Assembly (NCBI GenBank): GCA_964408425.1
Contig: CAYOZI010000006.1
Span: 1 to 43,569 of the forward strand
DNA: 43,569 nt
Source: Candidatus Micrarchaeota archaeon
GTDB taxonomy: Archaea; Micrarchaeota; Micrarchaeia; Norongarragalinales; Norongarragalinaceae
Reading direction: 5' to 3'
Below are positions 17,638 through 27,637 of the stretch, piece by piece; within the stretch, counting starts at the first letter, position 1; every line of letters starts with the position of its first letter. A model generated the notes under the pieces. It had not been told where the DNA came from, made no database searches, and worked only from the letters and a program-made list of their open reading frames with translations. The translations under genes were made by a program, and so were the position numbers.

Positions 17638-18599
17638 AAATGAAGTTCGAATACTACGTGAAGAGCGTCGAATGCGATTCTTGCGAGAAAATAATCGCCA
17701 GGGCGGTTTCAAGGTTTCCCGGCGCCAGCCTAGTCGAATCCGACAGGAAGGCGGGAAAAATAACCATCGAATGCGAACCGGGAGACGAGGTGGAAATAAC
17801 CAAGGCGGTCAGGGAAAAAGGCTACGGGTTATCCACAACCCCCTTGGAAAGCAAAGCCGGGAGCGAAGGAAAAAGCTCGCTTGAAACCGCGAAAAACTTT
17901 TTTTCCAGCGTGATCAACGGAAAAAACGGCTTTGAAATAGAAAGAACGCTTTTGGAAAACACGCTCTTGTCGTTCTTTTTGATTATCGGCGCGGAAATCC
18001 TTTTCGCAGTAATTCTGACATCGTTCGGCAAAACGGTTTTGGAAACGTACAAGTGGCTTTTCCTGCTTTTGGCTGTAGGCGTAAGCGCAAACGCTTTTGC
18101 AGTATGGCATTCCATCGCATACCGCAAGGAATTCACTTGCGGAAGCGGAATGATGGTCGGCATGACGCTCGGAATGATGAGCGGATTCATGATCGGCGCG
18201 CTCGTGGCTGCATCAAACGGAATGTTCGTAGGCAGCGTCGTCGGAATTGCAGTCGGCATGCTCGTCGGAGGGTATTGCGGGTATTGCTGCGGAATAATGG
18301 GCTTGCTGGAAGGGCTCATGGCTGGAATAATGGCGGGAATAATGGGGGCTATGACCGCGATAATGCTTTTGAACGACCACATGCTGGAATTCCTCTTCAT
18401 CCTGTTCGGCGCCTGCACCATAGTCCTCGCCGGGCTCAGCTACATGATTTACAAGGAAGCGGGAGGCGAGGGAAGCAAAACAAGCCTGCCTTCAGGCCTT
18501 ACGCTCGTACTGATAAATGTCGGAATGGCGCTGTTGATAGTCTTGATAATGGTTTTAGGACCCAAAGGGCCGCTGGCTTGGGTTGGATTCGGCGGTTGA
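17634..18599 (+). CDS. HMA domain fused to a Met/Gly-rich multi-TM domain
   Basis: SVECDSC...VREKGY then [40 protein letters not shown]. Confidence 0.85.
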   Translation: MKMKFEYYVKSVECDSCEKIIARAVSRFPGASLVESDRKAGKITIECEPGDEVEITKAVREKGYGLSTTPLESKAGSEGKSSLETAKNFFSSVINGKNGFEIERTLLENTLLSFFLIIGAEILFAVILTSFGKTVLETYKWLFLLLAVGVSANAFAVWHSIAYRKEFTCGSGMMVGMTLGMMSGFMIGALVAASNGMFVGSVVGIAVGMLVGGYCGYCCGIMGLLEGLMAGIMAGIMGAMTAIMLLNDHMLEFLFILFGACTIVLAGLSYMIYKEAGGEGSKTSLPSGLTLVLINVGMALLIVLIMVLGPKGPLAWVGFGG

Positions 18600-18606
18600 A
18601 GGAAAA

Positions 18607-20847
18607 ATGAAAAAAAGCGTTTTCGACGTTGTAGGAATGCACTGCGCTTCGTGCAGCATTTTGATAAAACGCAGGCTAGAGAAAACGCCGGGAGTGAAAA
18701 GCGCCAACGTGAATTACGGCAGCGAAAAGGCTACCGTCGAGTTCGACGAAAAGATTTGCAACGAAGGCAAGATTGTTAAAACCGTCGAGCAAACGGGCTA
18801 CAAAGCATTCCCGCGGGCGGAACCGGCAATGCGAATGAACCACGTGCAAATGCAACACGGCACGCGCATGAACCCGTCGATGGGAATGCCCGGGCACGAC
18901 CACGCCGCGATGCTGAAAGAACAGGAAATGAAGGAATTGAAGCTGAAAGTGATCGTTTCAGCCGCATTATCCCTACCAGCACTGGCGCTCGTCATGCTGA
19001 CGCCCGAATTTCAATTCAAAACGCTCATTCTCTTCATTCTCGCCACACCCGTTCAGTTCTGGGCAGGAAAACAATTCTACCAAGGAACCATCTCAGGGTT
19101 TCGGGTTTACAGCGCCAACATGGACACGCTAATTGCAATGGGCACCAGCGCCGCTTACATCTACTCCGTAGCGTCGCTTTTCGGTTTGGTGATGGAGAAT
19201 TACTTTGAAATCGGAGCAATACTCATCACGTTCGTTTTGCTCGGAAAATACCTGGAAGCGTTGGCTAAAGGCAGGGCATCGGAAGCCATCAAAAAACTCA
19301 TGGGCTTAAACCCCAAAACCGCGATCGTAATCAGAAACGGGAGGGAAAATGAAATTCCCATCGAACAAGTCGCTGTCGGGGATAAGATCAGGGTCAGACC
19401 GGGAGAAAAGATTCCGGTCGACGGAATCGTGGTTGAAGGGGATTCGAGCGTCGACGAGAGCATGTTGACGGGCGAATCCTTGCCTGTGGAAAAAACCAAA
19501 GGCTCGAAAATATACGGCGCGACCATCAATAAGCACGGTTCGCTCACGCTCAAAGCCACAAAGGTAGGCAAAGACACCGTCCTCTCGCAAATAATCAAGC
19601 TCGTAGAGGAAGCCCAAGGCTCGCAAGCGCCAATTCAAAGGTTTGCCGACGAAGTTTCAGCAGTATTCGTGCCGATAGTCATAGTAATCGCAGTGATAAC
19701 GCTCGCGGCTTGGCTTTTGCTTTCGCAACCGTTTTCCTTCGCCCTGGTCGCTGCAGTTTCAGTGTTGGTGATAGCCTGCCCCTGCGCCCTCGGACTGGCT
19801 ACGCCCACGGCAATAATGGTCGGGACCGGAATGGGCGCTGAAAAAGGCATTCTGATAAAAAACGCCGTTGCATTGGAAAGGACCGGGAAAATAAACGCCA
19901 TCGTCTGGGACAAGACCGGAACCATTACGGAAGGAAAGCCGAAAGTGACGGACGTCACGGCGTTGGACAAAAACTACTCCGAAAGGAAGATAGTCGAAAT
20001 AGCCGCTTCCCTCGAAAAGCCCAGCGAACACCCGCTCGCGGAAGCCATCGTAAACCACGCTCTTGCAAAGAAAATCAGGATAGTAAAGATTTCTTCGTTC
20101 AAAGCCGTTGCCGGAAAAGGCGTTTTCGGAAAGCTCGGAACGAGGCATTACTTCATCGGCTCCCCGAAAAACCACTCGCAAAACCTCAAGCAGGTCGAAA
20201 CCCTTGAAAACGAGGGAAAGACGGCGATGCTGCTGTTCGAAAGCGACGCTCGCAACAAAAAACTCAAGCCCGTAGGGGTCATAGCCGTAGCAGACACGAT
20301 AAAACCGAACGCGCGGGCTGCCGTGGAAAAGCTGAGGGAAATGGGAATCGAATCGATTCTGCTTACGGGCGACAACGAACGAACCGCTAAAGCGATTGCA
20401 AAGCAAGCGGGAATCGCAATGGTTTTGGCGAACGTCCTTCCCGCGGACAAGGCAGGCGAAATAAAGATATTGCAGAAAACGGGCAAAATAGTAGCCATGG
20501 TTGGAGACGGGATTAACGACGCGCCTGCACTGGCGCAGGCGGACGTGGGAATGGCAATGGCTTCTGGCACTGACATCGCGATGGAATCAGGAAGCATAGT
20601 TTTGATGAAGAACGACGTCGAGGACGCGCCCCGCGCCCTAAACCTCGGAAGGAAAACCCTCAGGAAAATAAAGCTCGGGTTATTTTGGGCAATGGTTTAC
20701 AACATCGTGGGAATCCCGATTGCAGCCGGCGTTTTCTATTACCAAACGGGATGGCTCCTGTCTCCAGCGATAGCAGGCGGGGCGATGGCGTTGAGCAGCG
20801 TCAGCGTAGTCGCCAACGCATTATCCCTTCGCCTGTCGAAAATCTGA
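18607..20847 (+). CDS. copA: Cu(I)-translocating P1B-type ATPase
   Basis: [34 protein letters not shown] and MALSS; His/Met-rich linker. Confidence 0.96.
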   Translation: MKKSVFDVVGMHCASCSILIKRRLEKTPGVKSANVNYGSEKATVEFDEKICNEGKIVKTVEQTGYKAFPRAEPAMRMNHVQMQHGTRMNPSMGMPGHDHAAMLKEQEMKELKLKVIVSAALSLPALALVMLTPEFQFKTLILFILATPVQFWAGKQFYQGTISGFRVYSANMDTLIAMGTSAAYIYSVASLFGLVMENYFEIGAILITFVLLGKYLEALAKGRASEAIKKLMGLNPKTAIVIRNGRENEIPIEQVAVGDKIRVRPGEKIPVDGIVVEGDSSVDESMLTGESLPVEKTKGSKIYGATINKHGSLTLKATKVGKDTVLSQIIKLVEEAQGSQAPIQRFADEVSAVFVPIVIVIAVITLAAWLLLSQPFSFALVAAVSVLVIACPCALGLATPTAIMVGTGMGAEKGILIKNAVALERTGKINAIVWDKTGTITEGKPKVTDVTALDKNYSERKIVEIAASLEKPSEHPLAEAIVNHALAKKIRIVKISSFKAVAGKGVFGKLGTRHYFIGSPKNHSQNLKQVETLENEGKTAMLLFESDARNKKLKPVGVIAVADTIKPNARAAVEKLREMGIESILLTGDNERTAKAIAKQAGIAMVLANVLPADKAGEIKILQKTGKIVAMVGDGINDAPALAQADVGMAMASGTDIAMESGSIVLMKNDVEDAPRALNLGRKTLRKIKLGLFWAMVYNIVGIPIAAGVFYYQTGWLLSPAIAGGAMALSSVSVVANALSLRLSKI

Positions 20848-20886
20848 GAAAAAGCATTAAAACGATTGCAGAACTGAAGATAACTC

Positions 20887-21807
20887 ATGGTATTGTGTTT
20901 CATAGCGTTAGTCGTCTTCGGCATTCTCGGCATATTCTCGGCAAAATACCGCTCTCTGGCAAAAGAAGCGTTCCACTGCGTATTCCAGATGGTAACGCTT
21001 CGTCCATGCGAATCCAGTTTCGACGAAAAACTCAAAGCATCCATCCTAGCGAAAACCCTTTCATTCTCTCCCCGCCTCGCGATCTTCATCAACGACAATT
21101 TCAAAGCCCTGTCGTGGGTATTCACCGTATTGTTCTTCGCATCCTTAGCATATTCTGCGCTGGGGGTTTACAACTACTGGGCGTACGGGAATTGCAACGG
21201 ACCAGAATCCAGCGCCTTTTGCGCCCTGGACGCGTTATTCCGCCCGGGCGCCGAACACTCGTTCGGAACTGTTGAAACGGGAATAGGGCCGGTTTTGGGC
21301 GCGGGAAACGAAACGATAGTGGAATTCGGCTGTTTCTCCTGCCCGTTCACCAAGCAAGCGGAACCAGCGCTGAAAGAATTCCTGTTGCGCAACCCAAACG
21401 TCAAACTGGAATTCAGGGTTTTCCCCATTCCTTCCCACGCGTTCAGCCGCGAGGCGGCCGAAACGGCGTTCTGTGCGAACGAGCAAAACAAGTTCTGGGA
21501 GTACCACGACTTGCTTTTCGAAAGGCAGAAGGAATTCAACCAAGACAACTTCAAAAAGTGGACTGGAGAATTGGGGTTGAACCAAGCGCAGTTTGACGCT
21601 TGCGCCTACTCCGAGAAATACGCGTCTAAAGTGGATAGTGATTTCGAAGAGGGAAAGAAACTGGGCGTATTCGGCACTCCGACGTTCTTCTTTCCGAGCA
21701 CAGGCAGCGTGCTCGTCGGGCCTAGGCAGGCTTGGGAGTTCGAAAACGCTTTGAAACAAAAGATAATCGACAAGGGCGACAGCGGCGTATGCCCTCCGCC
21801 GGTATGA
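20887..21807 (+). CDS. Membrane-anchored DsbA/thioredoxin-fold protein with atypical CFSCPFT active site
   Basis: 2 TM helices, IVEFGCFSCPFT, FP..H, AA..A.CA.EQ.KFW.YHD.LF, GTPTFF. Confidence 0.85.
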   Translation: MVLCFIALVVFGILGIFSAKYRSLAKEAFHCVFQMVTLRPCESSFDEKLKASILAKTLSFSPRLAIFINDNFKALSWVFTVLFFASLAYSALGVYNYWAYGNCNGPESSAFCALDALFRPGAEHSFGTVETGIGPVLGAGNETIVEFGCFSCPFTKQAEPALKEFLLRNPNVKLEFRVFPIPSHAFSREAAETAFCANEQNKFWEYHDLLFERQKEFNQDNFKKWTGELGLNQAQFDACAYSEKYASKVDSDFEEGKKLGVFGTPTFFFPSTGSVLVGPRQAWEFENALKQKIIDKGDSGVCPPPV

Positions 21808-21812
21808 AAAAA

Positions 21813-23003
21813 TCAGGCTATCTTCGCTATTTTCTCAAGCGTTTCGAAAAACAATTCCGTTTCCCCTACAGTGTTGTAAGCGTGCAACGAAGCCCTTACC
21901 GAACCGTCTATTTTCAACAGCTCCCTGTGCAACGGCATCGTGCAGTGATGCCCCGAACGCAGGCAGATTTTCGAGAGCTTGTCGAACATTATCGCAACTT
22001 CGTGGTGCTTGAGCTTTCCGACGTTGAAGGCGAAAACCCCAGCCTTATCCTCCGCTTTCCTCGGGCCGTAATAATCCACTTTCGGGTATTCCGCGATCCT
22101 CATCATTTTTCCCACAAGAAGCTTTTCCTGAGATTCGATGAAAGAAAAGTTGTTCGAAATAAAATTCAAAGCCTCTCCCAATCCGATCCACCCGCCTATA
22201 TCGGGAGTTCCGGCTTCGAAACGCTCGCGGTTGTTTATGAACTTGAACGAATGCAGCTTGACTTCACTAATCGTACCCCCGCCTACGAAAGCTGGCTTTA
22301 GCTCAACGCCCTCCCGGTGATACAACGCCCCGACTCCGGTAGGCGCGAAACTCTTGTGCCCGGAAAACGCCATGAAATCGCAACCCCAGTTTTTCAAATC
22401 CACGTTCCTGTGCCCGACCGCCTGCGCCGCGTCCACCAGCGAATGCGCCCCCGCATCCCGCGCTATACGGCATATTTCCCGTACAGGCGTCTTGTTGCCC
22501 AAAACGTTCGACGTCGCCGTAAAAGCCACCAAGGCAGTGTTTTTGGAAACCGAATCCCGGAAATCCTGCAAGTCGAAAGCGCCGTCCCTCGAACCCTCGA
22601 CAATCTTTAGCTTTATTTTGCCTTCCTCCTCCAGCCTTACCCACGGCAGCAAGCAAGAATGGTGTTCTATGCTGGTAGTAACGACTTCCTTTCTCTTGGA
22701 AAAGTCGAAGCCCGACGCTACTGCATTTATGGCTTCGGTCGTGTTACGGACGTTGATGAATTCAGAAGGTTTGGCGTTGAAGAATTTTCCCGCAATATCG
22801 TAAACCCGCTCGTACTCCTCGCTCGCCCTCTCCGTCAAACGGTGCTCGCCCCGGTGGATGTTGGCGCGGTATTCGCGATAGTACTCGAGCATTTTCTCCA
22901 AAACCGGCTCGGGAGTAAGCGAAGTCGCCGCATTGTCGAAGTAAACCACTTTTTCGGTTAACGGAAAGCTCTTGCGAAATTTCCTTACGTCCATACGCTC
23001 CAA
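21813..23003 (-). CDS. Cysteine desulfurase, SufS/Csd family (PLP, class V)
   Basis: YFDNAATS, EHHS, DAAQ, FSGHK, FEAGTP, RSGHHC, RASLHAYNT. Confidence 0.93.
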   Translation of the reverse strand: MERMDVRKFRKSFPLTEKVVYFDNAATSLTPEPVLEKMLEYYREYRANIHRGEHRLTERASEEYERVYDIAGKFFNAKPSEFINVRNTTEAINAVASGFDFSKRKEVVTTSIEHHSCLLPWVRLEEEGKIKLKIVEGSRDGAFDLQDFRDSVSKNTALVAFTATSNVLGNKTPVREICRIARDAGAHSLVDAAQAVGHRNVDLKNWGCDFMAFSGHKSFAPTGVGALYHREGVELKPAFVGGGTISEVKLHSFKFINNRERFEAGTPDIGGWIGLGEALNFISNNFSFIESQEKLLVGKMMRIAEYPKVDYYGPRKAEDKAGVFAFNVGKLKHHEVAIMFDKLSKICLRSGHHCTMPLHRELLKIDGSVRASLHAYNTVGETELFFETLEKIAKIA

Positions 23004-23125
23004 CCCTCTTTTTGCTCTAAAACTGAAGAAAAGCGACGGTTTAAAAAAACCCAGATTGAAATAATTTGGCTTAGCTCGTTCTTAAAAGCATTTTTCGGAA
23101 GCTAGAATAATCGAGGTGGGGTTGC

Positions 23126-24277
23126 GTGGCGAAAATAAGCGAAAAACACTTGCAGTACGCCCTTTACGCGTTGATAGCCGTCGGCGTTCTCGCTACGGCT
23201 TACATAGTCCTGAGTTCGGGCAGGGTTGGTTCTTTGACAGCAACCCCCTCGCCTACCATTGCTCCAAACACGCCCAAAATCGAGGTCATAGCCTTGACGT
23301 TCAAAGACTGCAGGCAGTGCTTCGACGTCCAGCCGATGGCGGACGGAATCGTGAAATCGCTGGTGGGCGCGGAAGTGGAAAATAAAACTCTCGATTACAG
23401 GAACGCATCGGACTTGATAGCCAAGTACGGGGTGAAGAAAGTCCCGGCGGTCATAGTCACAGGAGAGATAGGCAAAGTTCCTTCTTTGAAGCAGGCGCTC
23501 GCTCCTTTGGCTGTAGAAAATCCTGACGGAAGCCTGGTTTTATCACGACCGTTGTACTTCGACTTGGAAAAACAAAAGTTTGTCGGGCTCCTGAAAATAA
23601 CCAGGATCGTCAATTCAACCTGTTTCGAATGCACGAAAGCATTCGACTTCCAGAAGAACATTGAACAAGGCGTTGGCATAACGTTTTCCGACGAAACAGA
23701 ATTGGAGTTAAACGACTCCCGCGCCATTTCCTTGATTCGGCAGTACAACATCACCAAAATCCCTTCGATAATCATCACTGGAGAAATAGACGAGTACAAG
23801 GGCTTGAAGGAAGAATGGCTTACGATCGGAAACGTCGAGGCGGACGGTGCATTGGTTTGGAGGACCATCCCCCCCGTTTACATTTCCCTCCCCTCGAAAC
23901 AAGTCAAGGGAAGAGTGACCATGCTGGGCTTAATCAACTCGTCCTGCAAGCAATGCTACAACGTGCAGATTCACGAAAAGGAATTGACGGCGATGGGCAT
24001 CCAGTTCGCCAACGTCACATACATCGAATCCAACCACACGTGGGCGAAAAGCCTCATCCAGAAATACGGCATAGATTTCGTTCCGACCGTGCTGTTGGAC
24101 AAAGAGCTTGAAGAGTACTACGACTACACGCAAATCAGGGACGTGTGGAGCGAAGTGGGAAGTTTCGAGGAGGACGGGTGGAAAGTATTCAGGAACCCCG
24201 AAAAGATTTCCGGCAACGTCACCATACTGAACCTCACTACAGGCAAAAACCAGAACGTGACAACTCAAAGCGGTTAA
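23126..24277 (+). CDS. Membrane-anchored protein with three tandem thioredoxin-like CxxC repeats
   Basis: CRQC, CFEC, CKQC, each followed by an LI..Y....[VI]P cis-Pro-type segment; many N-x-S/T sequons. Confidence 0.85.
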   Translation: MAKISEKHLQYALYALIAVGVLATAYIVLSSGRVGSLTATPSPTIAPNTPKIEVIALTFKDCRQCFDVQPMADGIVKSLVGAEVENKTLDYRNASDLIAKYGVKKVPAVIVTGEIGKVPSLKQALAPLAVENPDGSLVLSRPLYFDLEKQKFVGLLKITRIVNSTCFECTKAFDFQKNIEQGVGITFSDETELELNDSRAISLIRQYNITKIPSIIITGEIDEYKGLKEEWLTIGNVEADGALVWRTIPPVYISLPSKQVKGRVTMLGLINSSCKQCYNVQIHEKELTAMGIQFANVTYIESNHTWAKSLIQKYGIDFVPTVLLDKELEEYYDYTQIRDVWSEVGSFEEDGWKVFRNPEKISGNVTILNLTTGKNQNVTTQSG

Positions 24278-24340
24278 ACCAAAAAGTTTAAAGGAACGCG
24301 GTTGAAACAGGTTAAAAACACGAAAACAAGTTGAAGAAAA

Positions 24341-24712
24341 ATGAAGACGAAAACACTCTTGTTGGCTTTAGTCGCGGTAATCGCGATCGGCATAGCAGCG
24401 TATTTCCTCACCACAACCCCGTCCCAAACCCAAAACTACGCCGACGATGCTTCGCCCGTAATGTACTTCTACAGCGAATCGTGCAAATTCTGCCAGCAGC
24501 AAAAACCGATTTTGCGGGAACTGGCCGAAGAAGGGTATCGGGTTAAAATGATGAACGTCGACGGGAACCCAGAATACTGGGCTCAGTACGAGATAAGCGG
24601 AACGCCCACGTTCCTTGCGGGCAACGGTGACAGGCAAGTGGGTTTGACGCAGAAAGACGCGTTGAGGGCATGGCTCCAGGCCCACGGCGCGAAGATAGTT
24701 TCAGGCTCTTGA
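24341..24712 (+). CDS. Membrane-anchored thioredoxin
   Basis: YFYSESCKFC, GTPTF. Confidence 0.9.
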   Translation: MKTKTLLLALVAVIAIGIAAYFLTTTPSQTQNYADDASPVMYFYSESCKFCQQQKPILRELAEEGYRVKMMNVDGNPEYWAQYEISGTPTFLAGNGDRQVGLTQKDALRAWLQAHGAKIVSGS

Positions 24713-24737
24713 AAATTTTTTTAAGGTGGTTTGAAAA

Positions 24738-25487
24738 ATGACTGAAGGAAATGCGGATTACACTATTGCGATCACGATAATCGCCTCGGCATTGATCTTG
24801 TCCGGCGTAATATGGGTTGCTTCCTCAAACGTAAGCTCCAGCATTTCCGACTTGAAAAGCTCGCTTCAAACGCTAGGTTCTGGAACCGGAAGCGTTGTTG
24901 CGCCAACCGCCGTTCCCATTCAAGCGCCCGAAGGAAGGCAGACGATAAGCACCCAAGGAACCGCGGTTAAAGGAAACGCCGACGCTCCGGTCGAAATAAT
25001 CGAATTCTCCGATTTCCAATGCCCGTTCTGCAGGAGTTTTTACGTTGACACTTACAAGCAGGTCCTGAGGGATTACGTCGACACTGGAAAAGCCGTCATT
25101 TACTTCAAGCACTTTCCGCTAGACCAGATTCACCCCGGCGCAACTCCGGCTGCTGAAGCCGCAGAGTGTGCTCGAGACCAGGGCAAGTTCTGGGAATTGC
25201 ACGACAAGATTTTCGACGAACAGCAAAAGCAAGGCAGCGGAACAGTAGCTTTCACGAAAGACGACCTGAAAAACTGGGCTAAAACCGTCACTGGATTGAA
25301 CGCGCAAACGTTCAACGCCTGCCTCGACTCGGGAGAAAAGCTTTCAATAGTGCAGCAGCAACAAACGCAAGGTTTGCAGGCCGGGGTGGACGGAACGCCG
25401 ACGTTCTTCGTAAACGGCTTGAAGCTTGTCGGAGCGCAGCCTTACTCCGCATTCAAACAGCTGATAGACGCTGAATTGGCGGGTTGA
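24738..25487 (+). CDS. DsbA/BdbD family disulfide oxidoreductase
   Basis: EFSDFQCPFC, HFPL..H, QGKFWELHD, GTPTFFVNG, GAQP. Confidence 0.93.
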   Translation: MTEGNADYTIAITIIASALILSGVIWVASSNVSSSISDLKSSLQTLGSGTGSVVAPTAVPIQAPEGRQTISTQGTAVKGNADAPVEIIEFSDFQCPFCRSFYVDTYKQVLRDYVDTGKAVIYFKHFPLDQIHPGATPAAEAAECARDQGKFWELHDKIFDEQQKQGSGTVAFTKDDLKNWAKTVTGLNAQTFNACLDSGEKLSIVQQQQTQGLQAGVDGTPTFFVNGLKLVGAQPYSAFKQLIDAELAG

Positions 25488-25494
25488 TACTCCG

Positions 25495-26007
25495 TTGGCT
25501 CAAGTCCGCGGTTTTCTGCAAGCGCAAAAAACCATCCTCACGCGGAAGAAATACGCCGCCCTCTTCGTTTTTTCCACGCTGTTTTTCGCGTGGCTCTTCT
25601 TTTTCTTGACATCCATCCGGGGCCAGAGCCTCGAAAGCTGGCTTTACAGCATAAGGGACACGACCAAAATATTCACTCTAATCGCCTCGCCGCTGCTCAG
25701 CCTGATTCTCACGACGCAGGTTTTCGTGCTGAAAAACTACAAGTTCAGCTTTCACGAGGCTAAAGCCGGCGGAAGCGCCGTCGGGGCGTTCCTCACCGGC
25801 GCAATAGCGACCGCCTGCTGCTCGCCGTTCGTAGCCGGCGCACTGGCGCTCCTCGGTTTTGCAGGAGCCAACGCATTTATCCTCCAATACGAAGTCGAAG
25901 TTTCGATTGCGGCAATAGCGGTTTTGCTTGTCGCATTATACTATTCCTCCACAATCGTTTTTTGCGAAGACTGCCGCGTCAAAACCAGCGCGAAACCCAA
26001 ACACTGA
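25495..26007 (+). CDS. 4-TM membrane protein with intramembrane CC (ATACCSP) and C-terminal CxxC
   Basis: Hydrophobicity pattern; follows dsbA; FCEDC at the C-terminus. Confidence 0.8.
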   Translation: MAQVRGFLQAQKTILTRKKYAALFVFSTLFFAWLFFFLTSIRGQSLESWLYSIRDTTKIFTLIASPLLSLILTTQVFVLKNYKFSFHEAKAGGSAVGAFLTGAIATACCSPFVAGALALLGFAGANAFILQYEVEVSIAAIAVLLVALYYSSTIVFCEDCRVKTSAKPKH

Positions 26008-26011
26008 AAGT

Positions 26012-26740
26012 TTACAATCCCAACGGGTTCAAGCCCAGCGCAAAAAGCACTGCGGCAAGCAAAGGCTGGTGCAGCAGATAAACCGCCAGCGAATGCCTCC
26101 CCAAAAACGACAACGGCCCTGCTAACGGAGGAATTGCTTCAAAACGAAAAGCCCTTTTTCCGTTCGGATAAAAATTTTTTCCCGCGCAAACGCCCAAAAC
26201 AAAAACTCCGAACCAAGGCAAAAGAGGAAAATAGTCGAGCGAAAGAAAACCGTTAGGAACAAAACCAAGCCACAGCAGCCAAGGAAAATCGAAACGCAAG
26301 CCAGACAGCAAAACGCCCGAACCAATCAACGCAAACGCGAGAACCGAAAGCCTTTCAACACCAAGCCGCAACAGAGGCAAGGCGAGAATCAAGGAAAAGC
26401 CGATGGAGTGCAATATTCCGAAAACCACGAAACCGCTTTTCAGGAAAAAGGCGGTTGCAATTGTAACCAGCATTCCGCAAGCGAAAATCTTCACTCCGTG
26501 CCTCAAAAGCTGTTCCTTGTCTTTTCTGGAAAACGCCAGCCAAACGGCCACACCCGCTATGAAAACGAAGGCGAATGCGGTTGTCCTCGCGAAAAGCCAC
26601 CAGAAGCCCTGCGACGCGTCGAAATTTTCCAAAAGCCCGAAGTAATGCAGCGCGAAAAGCCAGTTGAACAAAACCATTGCTATTACGGCCAACCCCCTGG
26701 CAAAATCAACCTCCCAAAAACGCGTTTGCATGTACTCCAT
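26012..26740 (-). CDS. DUF1624/HGSNAT-like membrane acyltransferase-domain protein
   Basis: RFWEVDFARGLA, FGILHSIG, DYFPLLPW, GRHSLAVYLLHQP. Confidence 0.88.
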   Translation of the reverse strand: MEYMQTRFWEVDFARGLAVIAMVLFNWLFALHYFGLLENFDASQGFWWLFARTTAFAFVFIAGVAVWLAFSRKDKEQLLRHGVKIFACGMLVTIATAFFLKSGFVVFGILHSIGFSLILALPLLRLGVERLSVLAFALIGSGVLLSGLRFDFPWLLWLGFVPNGFLSLDYFPLLPWFGVFVLGVCAGKNFYPNGKRAFRFEAIPPLAGPLSFLGRHSLAVYLLHQPLLAAVLFALGLNPLGL

Positions 26741-26786
26741 ACCAAAACCAACGCCATTACGGTTTAAATCAAAAGCCTTTTAAGTT

Positions 26787-26801
26787 TATAACCCGGTTAT
26801 A
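26787..26801. promoter_or_regulatory. 7-1-7 palindrome TATAACC-C-GGTTATA upstream of FTR1
   Basis: Perfect inverted repeat in a divergent intergenic region. Confidence 0.5.
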
Positions 26802-26816
26802 TTTTCTTTCTGGTGT

Positions 26817-27626
26817 TTGGTATTGATTGCGGAATTCACCATCGGATTCAGGGAGGCTCTTGAAGCCGCGCTGATAATCGGCATAATATTAGGGTATTTG
26901 AAGAAAACCAACCAAACCGAGCACAATAATCGGGTTTACGTAGGAATAGCCGCGGGGGCGATTGCAAGCATTTTCACGGCCATCGCATTCAACTTTCTTT
27001 CAATCCAGTTCGAAGGCGCTGCAGAAGCCATGTTCGAAGGGGCGGTAATGGTCGTCGCAGCCGTGGTTTTGACTTGGATGATATTCTGGATGGGCAAGCA
27101 AAAACAAATCGCCCAAAACATCCAGAAAGCAGTGGACAAAAGCCTCGCAGGAGGGCTGACAGCTCTGGCATTCATAGCAGTATACCGCGAGGGTTTCGAA
27201 ACCGTCCTTTTCCTGAACGCACTCGCCTTCTCCTCGAACGCAAACCCGCTGGTCGGAGCGTTTCTGGGAATGGCAGCCGCAGTCGTGCTGGGGTTCTTCC
27301 TGTACGAAATCGGCATCCGCCTCGACATCAAAGTCTTCTTCAGGATAACCAGCGTCATGCTCATTCTCTTCGCTGCTGGTTTGGTTGCGCACGGCTTTCA
27401 CGAATTCCAAGAGGCTGGCGCCATTACCTTTTTCACGGACGAAGCTTGGAACACCAAATGGGTTTTGGACGACAAGAGCGCAGTCGGCGCTGTTGCAAGA
27501 AGCCTGCTGGGCTACAACGACAACCCGTCCTGGCTGGAAGTCTTCGCTTACGCGTTTTACCTGACGGTAATGCTTTATTTCATAGAAAAACTAGCCGAAA
27601 CCAGGCTTTCAAGAAGAATGGTTTGA
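26817..27626 (+). CDS. FTR1/EfeU-family high-affinity iron permease
   Basis: Two RExxE motifs (REALE, REGFE), HEFQEAG, LGY...P. Confidence 0.93.
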   Translation: MVLIAEFTIGFREALEAALIIGIILGYLKKTNQTEHNNRVYVGIAAGAIASIFTAIAFNFLSIQFEGAAEAMFEGAVMVVAAVVLTWMIFWMGKQKQIAQNIQKAVDKSLAGGLTALAFIAVYREGFETVLFLNALAFSSNANPLVGAFLGMAAAVVLGFFLYEIGIRLDIKVFFRITSVMLILFAAGLVAHGFHEFQEAGAITFFTDEAWNTKWVLDDKSAVGAVARSLLGYNDNPSWLEVFAYAFYLTVMLYFIEKLAETRLSRRMV

Positions 27627-27637
27627 CAAAAAACTCT

